Shown here one piece after another: positions 18,805 to 27,230 of a stretch of DNA of 64,000 nt (its first letter is position 1; every line of letters begins with the position of its first letter). The DNA lies in NCBI GenBank assembly GCA_965205425.1, contig CBDBGZ010000009.1:1-64000 (forward strand), in the 5' to 3' direction. The stretch is from Nitrosopumilus sp. (GTDB lineage: Archaea > Thermoproteota > Nitrososphaeria > Nitrososphaerales > Nitrosopumilaceae). A model generated the notes under the pieces. That model searched no databases. It saw nothing but the letters and a program-made list of their open reading frames with translations, and was not told where the DNA came from. Made by a program: the position numbers and the translations under genes.

Positions 18805-19959
18805 ATGGTAAAAATAGTAATAACAGCGATTGTCCTTGCGGTATTAGTAGGGTTATTTGTAATTTATAGAAAACAGATTTTCGGGGCTTTTGGTGAAGCT
18901 GGTGATGGTATATCCGATTTCTTCGGTCGTGGAGCTCAAGGCGTTCAAGATTTCTTTAGTGGTTTTGGTTCTAGTTCTAGTCCTAGCCCTGATAGTGGCC
19001 TAAACCCTGATGCTTCTCAACAATCAGATGCAGAACAAATAGAATTATTTGATAGAACTTTAACTTCTGATGAAGAACTTGTAATTAATTTCAATGATAA
19101 CCCTGATAGTCTATCTGATACAGAAAAAGCCAAAGCTCAAGAAATAATTAATGGCCAACTTGATGCAGATCCCCAACTAAACGACATTGATAGATTTAAT
19201 CCACCTGGAATTATTGGCTATGGATATGAGAATTTTGGCGATGGTCGGGGCTTACCTGATACACCTGAAAATCGTGATTTGTTAGAACAGTTTCTAGCTT
19301 CAAGGGAAACAACCCCTAGTTTTGCCCCTGAAACTATCCCTGATTTTGATGGTTTAGGTGATGTTATCCCTAATCTTAATCTCGTCCCTGAAGCTTTTGC
19401 AGATGATGGCGTTGAATCTGATACTTTACAAGCTGATGATGTAATACCAAAATCTGAAATAGATTCTACTAATGAAGTTGATCCCGATATTTTACAAAGA
19501 TATCCAAATTTCAAAGCATTTTCACCTAGACTGCAAGAAAGAATATTATCAAACTTTGAATCTGCCTCTAATCAGATTGAATCTGATGGTGTCCCTGCTT
19601 CTACTAGAGCTGCACAAAGAGAAATTGATGTAACCTCTCAAATTGATAATCAACAATTCAGTGGTGGTGGCCAATCTTTTCAAGGTGGAACAGTAAGGAC
19701 TTCTAACTTAGATGAAGCTACAATCCGTTCAAGACGACAAGAATCAGAAGAAATAATGCAAGCAAGACGTTTAGCTGGTGAATCAAGGGATAGTGCTATT
19801 GCAGAACTTGATAGAACAAATTCTGAATCAAGATCTAAAGATGCAGAATTGATGAGAAGAGCTGAAGAAGCAAACATGCAATCTCAAGGACAATTTTTCG
19901 GCAAAACCCCTGAAGAAATTGTGCAAATAATCAATGGTGGGGACATTAACAAGTTTTAG
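18805..19959 (+). CDS. N-terminally membrane-anchored acidic virion protein
   Basis: TM segment VKIVITAIVLAVLVGLFVIY; Gly/Ser- and Asp-rich, low complexity. Confidence 0.7.
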   Translation: MVKIVITAIVLAVLVGLFVIYRKQIFGAFGEAGDGISDFFGRGAQGVQDFFSGFGSSSSPSPDSGLNPDASQQSDAEQIELFDRTLTSDEELVINFNDNPDSLSDTEKAKAQEIINGQLDADPQLNDIDRFNPPGIIGYGYENFGDGRGLPDTPENRDLLEQFLASRETTPSFAPETIPDFDGLGDVIPNLNLVPEAFADDGVESDTLQADDVIPKSEIDSTNEVDPDILQRYPNFKAFSPRLQERILSNFESASNQIESDGVPASTRAAQREIDVTSQIDNQQFSGGGQSFQGGTVRTSNLDEATIRSRRQESEEIMQARRLAGESRDSAIAELDRTNSESRSKDAELMRRAEEANMQSQGQFFGKTPEEIVQIINGGDINKF

Positions 19960-19969
19960 GTGATATGAT

Positions 19970-20440
19970 ATGAGTTTTCAAGAAGATATACAAAAAGAGA
20001 TGAGAGAGCAAAATCAAAGAGTTATTGAAGCTCTTAATGAAATACGTCCTAAAGATATTCAAGTTACCAACGTTAAGAAAGTCCCTGTAAAATGGGATTA
20101 TACTGTATGTGATAAAAAAACAGTAACTCAAAATAAACTAGACATTAACAAACCCGCTATTGAGATAGAAGCCCCTGATGAAGTAATTAGAACTATCCAA
20201 TCAATCTCAATAACTGGCGATACTGCATTATTGGAAAATGCAAAAGTGTTAGTATTTGTAGATGATGCTAGGGTTTTTGAAACTAAAAGTTATGGTTCAT
20301 TACAATATTCAAATGGTGCAAGTATTATTTTTGATAATGGTTTTTCAATTAGCCCTCAAGATAAAGTAAAAATTTATTGTTTTACTGATGGTGATACTGA
20401 AATTAACATTAGTGCAATAGTAAGATTTGGTGAGTATTAA
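19970..20440 (+). CDS. Putative penton protein (single jelly-roll)
   Basis: Beta-rich 156 aa; similar to the N-terminal domain of 21366-23609. Confidence 0.55.
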   Translation: MSFQEDIQKEMREQNQRVIEALNEIRPKDIQVTNVKKVPVKWDYTVCDKKTVTQNKLDINKPAIEIEAPDEVIRTIQSISITGDTALLENAKVLVFVDDARVFETKSYGSLQYSNGASIIFDNGFSISPQDKVKIYCFTDGDTEINISAIVRFGEY

Positions 20441-21363
20441 TGAGTTTTATCCCTAAAGGTGGCGGGGGTTCTGGCGGAACTGGTCAAGATGGAATGGACG
20501 GAATAGATGGGAATAGATTTAGAAATACCAATGATGATATTTTTAATTTTAATTTTGATATCAGTATAAGTAATGTCGCTGTTAATGGAGCTAGTCTAAA
20601 CGGATTAAAAAAAGGAGATATGATATTTTATAATGCAAAATATGTTTTTCAAGTATTCGCTATCGGAAATGTAAATACAACTTTTGAATTTTTAGGTGAT
20701 ATTTCGGGAGCTCAAGGAATACAGGGTGATGCTGGAGCTCAAGGAATACAAGGTGAAAAAGGTGATAAAGGCGATCAAGGTGTAGGTGCTAATGATAACA
20801 CTAGAACTATTATTGTAGAATCTACAGAACCAAACAAAAATTATGCAGTAAGAGACCAAGCAGTAGGAACTGTTGATTATCACGGTGTTCATGTTCCAAT
20901 TAGTTTTAATGTCGTTCCCTCAAAAATTGATAATGAAATTTTTGAAATTATAGATGTTCCATTAGCTAACAATGCAAATCCTTCAACTTCAGAAACAATC
21001 AAAGCAGTTAGAGTAAAACGATCTGGTCTTTATGAAATTGAATTGTTATGTAATTTAGAGGAAACTGATGATAATGATGATTCAAACCAAAGAGTAGATC
21101 CTCGTTTAACTTGTCATAAAGCTGCAGTAAATGGTGGTATGGTAACAGGTATTACAGCTATACTGAAAACAACTTCCTATATCAGAAATATTAACGGAGA
21201 ACACGAACACGGGGTTTTACATATTGGACACAAATTACAATTAGTTCAATTAGATACGATCTTTTTTAGAATTACTGATCATAGTTTAGACCCTCACACT
21301 TTGATTAAAGATAGTGCTGGGGGCGGTATGATGAATTTAGTTATGACTTTTGTTGGTGATTAA
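20440..21363 (+). CDS. Collagen-repeat spike/fibre protein
   Basis: G-x-y repeats GAQGIQGDAGAQGIQGEKGDKGDQG; beta-rich C-terminal head (VKRSGLYEI). Confidence 0.7.
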   Translation: MSFIPKGGGGSGGTGQDGMDGIDGNRFRNTNDDIFNFNFDISISNVAVNGASLNGLKKGDMIFYNAKYVFQVFAIGNVNTTFEFLGDISGAQGIQGDAGAQGIQGEKGDKGDQGVGANDNTRTIIVESTEPNKNYAVRDQAVGTVDYHGVHVPISFNVVPSKIDNEIFEIIDVPLANNANPSTSETIKAVRVKRSGLYEIELLCNLEETDDNDDSNQRVDPRLTCHKAAVNGGMVTGITAILKTTSYIRNINGEHEHGVLHIGHKLQLVQLDTIFFRITDHSLDPHTLIKDSAGGGMMNLVMTFVGD

Positions 21364-21365
21364 AT

Positions 21366-23609
21366 TTGGTTTATCAAAAAACATTTGTCAAGGAAATCGA
21401 AACTAATGTTAGAAAAAGACCTAGTAACCCTCAAGTCAAAATACTAAATCCATTAGAAAAAACTATTTTTGTTAATTCAATTTCTTTAAATTTTGATCCC
21501 TATTTTGCTAGACGGGGTAAAATTGTCGTTGAAGTTGGTGATGATGTAGTTTTACCTGTTGCTGAAGTTGGTGCATATAGACAATCTAAAACTTTTCAAA
21601 TTCCATTAGAAAATCAAGAATTTTATCAACAAAAATCAATCAAAGTTTGGGCATGGAATCCCGATAGCGAGGAAAATATTTTTGTTGTTGTTAAAGCCAA
21701 AATTTCAGAATCCCCAGTTTCTCTTAATTCTGCTGATGAATCTTTATCCCCTGAAGAATTAAACCGTCAAGTTTCAGATAATTTTGTTGATAATCAAGTT
21801 CAAGTGCAGCTTGATAAATTAGATGAATTAATTGAAGAAGTCCAAAATAAAGAATTTACTGCAAATTTTGACACTGCCCCTATCACAACTAAACTCACTG
21901 AAGTAAAAACCGCTGTTGGCCTTTTACCTCAAAATCATACGGATATTATCAATAAATTAACTGATACAATTACTGCAATTAACAACGGGGCATTTAGTCC
22001 TACTGAAATTATCACTGCTCTAAATTCCTTAATTTCAGAAGTCGCAAATTTAGAAACAGATTCTCTAGGTATTCAAAACGCCATAACCAGTATTGATGAA
22101 ACACTAGCTAAAGATGATATTACTGATAACGACACTGATAGATTTACAACTTTGAGGGGCTTTCTAGTTGAGCTGTTAAATGGCTTTGATGTTCCCGAAA
22201 TTGACACTGCATTAACGAATCTAGTGTTATATCAAAATGCACAAGATAGACACCCTGAAACTAAAGCAAAAATTCAAGTTGTTATTGCTAATCTAAATCA
22301 AATAAAAAATACGAATACTGTTGGCGTAGTTTCTGAGTTAGTTGCTGTTAGACAATCTGTAAATGATGAAAATACTAATCTAGGAAATAAACTTGATGGC
22401 GTAAAATCTTCAGTAGATGGAATATCTGTAGCAAGTGAAACAATCCCTAAAGCCATTGAGGATATTAATCTTGAAATTTCTAATGGTGCTGAAGGTGATT
22501 ATTTAGAGGCTCTAAATTTGATAAAAACTGCTCTAATTGGTTTAAGAGATGATTTTGATCTTGATGAGCTAAACAGTGTCATTCAAACTCTTAATACTAA
22601 TCTAGGTGAAATTAGAAATAATTCTGATGCTTTAGGGTTATTACTTGATAGCTTGAAAATATCTTTAGAGATTGCAGCTAGAAACCCGTCTTTAATTCCT
22701 TCACAAGTTAATTTCCTATTTCCAAAAAGAGTATATCGGAATGAAACAGTTACACAATTTATCAATACTAAAGGCAATAGAAATTTGATTGTATTACTAG
22801 GTGCTTCAACTATTGGTTCACCTGATAATCTAAATCATGTTGATAACCCTGCTGATGTTCCAATTAATTATAATGGCTTTGTTACTGGCGGTTCTCAAGA
22901 TGCAATAACTAGAACTAAAGAAACTAGATTCGATTTCAAATATCCTCAATTTGAAGATAGATTATTTGATTTACACCCTGAAGCTGATATTTCTATTGAT
23001 ATTGCTAGTGGTTCATGTAGGATCTATTACCCTGCTGGAAAAAATCGAGGCGGTCATTACATTACTTATGGATGGGTTAGAAGGGCTTCATACGTTAGAA
23101 CTTTTGATGTTTATGAATCTGATAGTGAAAATTTTGCTAATGAAACTCAATTAAAAGATGGTGTAGGAATTGCTGAATTAAGTGCTATTGTTGGCACTAA
23201 AAGATATTTGAGAATTGTTGAAACTATGGTAATAACTATCTCAAATCATACTACTTCAAGTAATCAAACTAACGTTGGTCAAGGTAGTTCTTCAACTACT
23301 ACTTGTGCTTCTTCTTCAGTGGGAAATCATACACCTGTTTCTACTACTTTTGATGATGCTATGGATGATGCAATAGTTGGCGGAACTGCAGCTATTTCTT
23401 TTGAAGTTAAAGATGGAAATAATGATTGGTTTGAAACTATCCCTTCTAGTGAAGTAGGTGCAATTACTGAAGGACAAAAAACAGTTTTTGAAGTTGGTGA
23501 AGCTGTAAGTGGCCATGTATTACCTTCAACTCAAACTCACTTTAGGGCAAAACTAACTGTAACGGGTGGGGGAATTGAAACAAGTGCAAGTTTAGTGAGG
23601 GTGGCATAA
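21366..23609 (+). CDS. Vertex spike/turret protein (penton-like N-domain, helical stalk, beta head)
   Basis: N-domain similar to 19970-20440; long heptad-rich middle; Thr/Ser-rich beta C-terminus. Confidence 0.65.
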   Translation: MVYQKTFVKEIETNVRKRPSNPQVKILNPLEKTIFVNSISLNFDPYFARRGKIVVEVGDDVVLPVAEVGAYRQSKTFQIPLENQEFYQQKSIKVWAWNPDSEENIFVVVKAKISESPVSLNSADESLSPEELNRQVSDNFVDNQVQVQLDKLDELIEEVQNKEFTANFDTAPITTKLTEVKTAVGLLPQNHTDIINKLTDTITAINNGAFSPTEIITALNSLISEVANLETDSLGIQNAITSIDETLAKDDITDNDTDRFTTLRGFLVELLNGFDVPEIDTALTNLVLYQNAQDRHPETKAKIQVVIANLNQIKNTNTVGVVSELVAVRQSVNDENTNLGNKLDGVKSSVDGISVASETIPKAIEDINLEISNGAEGDYLEALNLIKTALIGLRDDFDLDELNSVIQTLNTNLGEIRNNSDALGLLLDSLKISLEIAARNPSLIPSQVNFLFPKRVYRNETVTQFINTKGNRNLIVLLGASTIGSPDNLNHVDNPADVPINYNGFVTGGSQDAITRTKETRFDFKYPQFEDRLFDLHPEADISIDIASGSCRIYYPAGKNRGGHYITYGWVRRASYVRTFDVYESDSENFANETQLKDGVGIAELSAIVGTKRYLRIVETMVITISNHTTSSNQTNVGQGSSSTTTCASSSVGNHTPVSTTFDDAMDDAIVGGTAAISFEVKDGNNDWFETIPSSEVGAITEGQKTVFEVGEAVSGHVLPSTQTHFRAKLTVTGGGIETSASLVRVA

Positions 23610-23824
23610 TGGATAGATTCATTGCTGAAAAAATACTTGAAAATGGATTAATCGCTAAAGTAACTGCTATGATTGTTATTATTGCATTATCATTAAGTTT
23701 GGTTCAAAATCTAAATTGTTTTACTAATGCTGAAAGTATCAATTTGACATTACCTATAATTTCCAGTGTTCTAACTGGTGCTATGACTTTTCTTTTCTTG
23801 AAAAAAGATAAAGGTGAGAAGTGA
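23609..23824 (+). CDS. Two-TM membrane protein
   Basis: Two hydrophobic segments and a basic C-tail. Confidence 0.65.
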   Translation: MDRFIAEKILENGLIAKVTAMIVIIALSLSLVQNLNCFTNAESINLTLPIISSVLTGAMTFLFLKKDKGEK

Positions 23825-23836
23825 GGGGGTGATAGT

Positions 23837-23986
23837 ATGGCAGTTTTTGTTTTACTGGCAATAGCAATAGCAAGTGGTTTAGCTATTGAACTGTATCGAG
23901 ATAATAAGAGTGGAATTCATAAATTCCTAAACAATATGGTTACTGGTGTTGGTAATGATGTCCGTAACCAGTTACGCCCACGTTGA
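23837..23986 (+). CDS. Small TM protein (49 aa)
   Basis: Own translation MAVFVLLAIAIASGLAIELYRD...; GGGGGTGA RBS. Confidence 0.6.
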   Translation: MAVFVLLAIAIASGLAIELYRDNKSGIHKFLNNMVTGVGNDVRNQLRPR

Positions 23987-23987
23987 G

Positions 23988-24013
23988 CTTTTGATCTAAT
24001 ATACTCGATTTTT
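23988..24013 (+). promoter_or_regulatory. Proviral promoter motif, copy 2
   Basis: Identical 26-mer to 15058-15083; ends 13 nt before the start codon at 24027. Confidence 0.7.
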
Positions 24014-24026
24014 CTCTTTTTTTGTA

Positions 24027-24386
24027 TTGATTCCAAAAAATCAACATGAAGCAGAACTTTTAGAGAGAATTCAAAACCTCGAAAAAAGTGAATTTGGCGG
24101 ATCTAAAGAAGAAGGTTACAAAAAACCTCAATCTGCAAGATCTGAAATGACTGAAAATGAAGAAGGACAAAATGGATTAGAACGTGATTATCTGGGAACT
24201 GATAGTTATGATTCTTTGAAAGCTGTTTTAACTTCATTAGGTCAAGACAATTCAAGAAATGCAAAATGGAATGAAAAACTACAAGAAGTGAAAGTTAGAT
24301 TATCAAAAACTGATCTTGATGCAAATCAAGAACGTAATTTGATTATGCTACTTCAAAGAGTAGAAGCGGGGGTAATTAGAAATTGA
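24027..24386 (+). CDS. Proviral hypothetical helical protein
   Basis: ORF following the promoter motif. Confidence 0.65.
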   Translation: MIPKNQHEAELLERIQNLEKSEFGGSKEEGYKKPQSARSEMTENEEGQNGLERDYLGTDSYDSLKAVLTSLGQDNSRNAKWNEKLQEVKVRLSKTDLDANQERNLIMLLQRVEAGVIRN

Positions 24387-24592
24387 CCTCGATAAGCTCT
24401 AAAGCGATTCCATTCATTGCACTTGCTATAGCTGGTGGCCTTTTGGGTATTGATGTATTCACTGATTTTGTTATCACTGAAACTCATATTCAATTAGTCG
24501 GTGTTATTGTTACGCCTCTAGGTCTTGGTGGACTTGTTAACAAGGGTTGGAATGTCTACAGGGACATAAAGAAACAGGGTGAAATAAGATAG
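24383..24592 (+). CDS. Two-TM membrane protein
   Basis: Two hydrophobic segments; TTGA overlap. Confidence 0.65.
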   Translation: MTSISSKAIPFIALAIAGGLLGIDVFTDFVITETHIQLVGVIVTPLGLGGLVNKGWNVYRDIKKQGEIR

Positions 24593-24771
24593 CTACAAAA
24601 AAACAACTTGCAGCTCTAGCTAAAGGTCGTGCCAAATTAAAAAAAATGAGAGCAAAGAAAAAAGTAAAATCTCATAAGAGAATTACCAAAAAGTGTAAAA
24701 AATGCGGAAAATACCATAAATCTGGCGTTCATAAATCACATGGTAAAGGATCTTATGCAAAAACTCACTGA
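24589..24771 (+). CDS. Highly basic small protein, putative genome-condensing protein (ATA start)
   Basis: Own translation (I/M)ATKKQLAALAKGRAKLKKMRAKKKVKSHKRITKKCKKCGKYH...; GGGTGA RBS upstream. Confidence 0.6.
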   Translation: MATKKQLAALAKGRAKLKKMRAKKKVKSHKRITKKCKKCGKYHKSGVHKSHGKGSYAKTH

Positions 24772-24810
24772 TTCAAAGCTTTTATAATCTCTATTTTTTT
24801 ATTTTAAATT

Positions 24811-25329
24811 ATGAAATTTTTAATCCTATTTGCTGTTTTAATTATTGGCGGGGGCGGTGTTTCTGCTTTTGCTCACCTTCATACAATAGATGAATCTCAT
24901 TATCCTGAAATTCTTCTCTATATGTCCTATTCAGATTCCCATGAAGCATTTCATATTGATCTTTATTCTGATGCTTTTCTTCAGTTGAACTGGTCTTCAT
25001 TACCTTTCAATTCTACTTTCTATCTTACTAATGGAACTGAAATAACTACAAACTATCAAACTCATCATGTATTCCCTGAAAATAATGATGGAACTGTTTT
25101 AATTCAATTTGAGCTTGAAGAATTTTATTTTAATGATTCAAGATTTTATTTAGAATCTCCTTTTGTTGTTGATGAAACTTTTGAATTTTCATCTAATAGC
25201 ACAAATGTCTATACGGTTCATAAACCAGTTACAACTTCTGATTTAGAAGATCTACTTCAAAGAGTATCGCAATTAGAATATGCTATGAGAATTGTTGAAG
25301 ATGCTATTGCTTCTTTGATTTCAAAATGA
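24811..25329 (+). CDS. Secreted/surface protein with its own TATA promoter
   Basis: Signal peptide MKFLILFAVLIIGGGGVSAFA; TTTTATAA ~30 nt upstream; C-terminal coiled coil. Confidence 0.7.
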   Translation: MKFLILFAVLIIGGGGVSAFAHLHTIDESHYPEILLYMSYSDSHEAFHIDLYSDAFLQLNWSSLPFNSTFYLTNGTEITTNYQTHHVFPENNDGTVLIQFELEEFYFNDSRFYLESPFVVDETFEFSSNSTNVYTVHKPVTTSDLEDLLQRVSQLEYAMRIVEDAIASLISK

Positions 25330-25425
25330 TACATATACACAATGGCTTACGCCCTTACACACTGTCTATAAAAAATTATTTTGGCTTTTGCTTTGAGGAT
25401 TTTTAAAATAGAATTTAATTAGATA

Positions 25426-25872
25426 TCACAAATCACTACTTTCTGGAAATAGTAAATTAACATTCCAATCAGAGACACTTAGAACAACATGGAAAGGAGT
25501 TTTGCCAGTAATTTGTGCATATTTTTCAATTCTTCTTGTAGATCTATTTGATTGTCGCCCCATCCATTTCTTGTCACATTCTTTGCATGCTGCTCTATAA
25601 CAAGAACGTTGGAATTGTTTTACAAAAGATACATCACCAAAGCCTAATTGTTTATGTTTTTCAGAGTTTACACACCCAATCGTTTTCCACATACCACACC
25701 AATCATGAGGATCACTTGTTCCAGGAAGCCGCCAACCATCATGTTCTACATCATCCCAATTTGTTAGGAATTTTTGTTCTTCATAAAAGTCAGATTTACT
25801 TTGCTCAGAGGCAGGAAGTAAAAATTTTATCATGGATTGGTTAGGATTGAGTTTAGACAATATCCTGGCCAA
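25426..25872 (-). pseudogene. Rolling-circle Rep (HUH family) N-terminal fragment, 3'-truncated
   Basis: Zn-binding WCG..GC..H..SCYRAACKEC and motif-1-like FHVVLS; stops before any HUH or YxxK motif. Confidence 0.65.
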
Positions 25873-26008
25873 TCAAAAATTTTTTGTTTTGTTTTGCTTC
25901 ACATTCATCACATAGTTCTAAAATATAATGTCCTATTACACCGGCATCCATTAACAAATGATGTTTTTTCTTATTGGTACACTTGCAAGAAAAAGTAGGA
26001 GGGGTCAT
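25853..26008 (-). CDS. Small Zn-binding protein (51 aa), paralog of 26005-26190
   Basis: Own translation MTPPTFSCKC...MDAGVIGHYILELCDEC. Confidence 0.6.
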   Translation of the reverse strand: MTPPTFSCKCTNKKKHHLLMDAGVIGHYILELCDECEAKQNKKFLIGQDIV

Positions 26009-26190
26009 AATCTTAATCTCCATTTTGTATTTTTTGGAACTTTATCCCACTCTATCATCCAGGGAACAGAAGCATATCGTTTACAGAATGCACATAATAC
26101 AATTACAAATTCACCCAAGATTCCTGCATCCACGTAATAGACATTTAGTTTTGATCTGTTACATCTACATTCTAATTTTAAAACAGACAA
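26005..26190 (-). CDS. Small Zn-binding protein
   Basis: CRC...VDAGILGEFVIVLCAFC. Confidence 0.6.
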   Translation of the reverse strand: MSVLKLECRCNRSKLNVYYVDAGILGEFVIVLCAFCKRYASVPWMIEWDKVPKNTKWRLRL

Positions 26191-26192
26191 TC

Positions 26193-26330
26193 TTAGAAAT
26201 CACCCTCACTCCATCTTGAAAGAAGTTTTTGGATGATACTATCATAAGTGTCATCTTTACTCCCAATGCCTGCTAGTTCCTTTCTTGTTAGACGACTAAT
26301 CTGAATAGTCGTAAATTCCTCTATAGTCAT
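26193..26330 (-). CDS. Ribbon-helix-helix (CopG-like) regulator, 45 aa
   Basis: Own translation MTIEEFTTIQISRLTRKELAGIGSKDDTYDSIIQKLL... Confidence 0.7.
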   Translation of the reverse strand: MTIEEFTTIQISRLTRKELAGIGSKDDTYDSIIQKLLSRWSEGDF

Positions 26331-26375
26331 ACCAATAGTGATATTTTGATATATTAGTTATAACATGCCTAAATT

Positions 26376-27230
26376 GTGCCAAAGAAGAACAATTCATACC
26401 TAAATCAAGATTTAGAAATATTGAAAAAAATACTCAATTTTGGAAAACCTGAAAAATTTAGAAAAATAACTTCAGGATACGGACTAAAAGAGATAGATTT
26501 TGATAACGAAGAGATTAAAATTCCTAAAATTATGACAAGGAAGATTTTTCGAGGAAGAAAAAATATTCTATTATCACGGAAATTAATCAGAGAAGTCAAG
26601 ACAAAAGGCGAGAGGAAATCATATGGAATTACACCATTAGGAATTATACTTCTATGTCAGCATATCAAACTAAAAGAACATGATATAATACGAATTTCTA
26701 AAATTATACAATTTCACCTAGATATAGTTTTCAATAAAGATAAGAAGAAAAAATTCAATGTAATAGAGACACAAATAAAATCAAAATCAGAACAAAAAAT
26801 TGCTAAAAATATAATGAAAGCACTAAAAGACGTACAAATTTTTGAAGAAGAAGGTACACAAAAAATCTTCCTGACATATGAAATTGCAAATACTGTGTTA
26901 ATCGTTTTAGAAAAATATGATATTTTAAACAGTTTTGTATATAGAGGCTTAGAAAAAACATTCCCAAGAGTAGATCATATTGAAGATGATTCATTTTTTG
27001 GCACGTTGTCATTTTTTATTTTAGGATCATATGCACATGCATATGTTATTGATGATTTAACCATAGAAGGTAAAATTTTGAAAGAAGAATCAAAGAACAT
27101 GAAAGAGTATCAAAAGAAAAACGAGAATATATTTAGATGGTTCCAGATATTTCAAGACTCATTGGTTGGAATGATGGATAAACAAACAAAGTATGTTGAC
27201 AAATTCAGGGAATTAACTTCCACAGTTTAA
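26376..27230 (+). CDS. Hypothetical protein with a winged-helix-like N-terminus
   Basis: LLSRKLIRE...KSYGITPLG wing motif. Confidence 0.6.
   Translation: MPKKNNSYLNQDLEILKKILNFGKPEKFRKITSGYGLKEIDFDNEEIKIPKIMTRKIFRGRKNILLSRKLIREVKTKGERKSYGITPLGIILLCQHIKLKEHDIIRISKIIQFHLDIVFNKDKKKKFNVIETQIKSKSEQKIAKNIMKALKDVQIFEEEGTQKIFLTYEIANTVLIVLEKYDILNSFVYRGLEKTFPRVDHIEDDSFFGTLSFFILGSYAHAYVIDDLTIEGKILKEESKNMKEYQKKNENIFRWFQIFQDSLVGMMDKQTKYVDKFRELTSTV

Larger units (their letters stand above)
12814..25440 (+). mobile_element. Provirus of a putative tailless icosahedral, membrane-containing double jelly-roll virus (left end deleted; right border approximate)
   Basis: Co-oriented, tightly packed block: integrase, Dam, Zn fingers, packaging ATPase, DJR-like MCP, penton/spike-like proteins, many TM proteins. 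Confidence 0.85.

Noticed and set aside
15058..24013. 26-bp direct repeats as attL/attR
   Set aside because: Viral-style genes continue on both sides, and each copy sits at promoter distance from a start codon
12814..25440. Spindle-shaped or head-tail provirus
   Set aside because: No terminase, portal, HK97 MCP or pPolB; the ATPase plus 330-aa beta-rich MCP fits a DJR virus better
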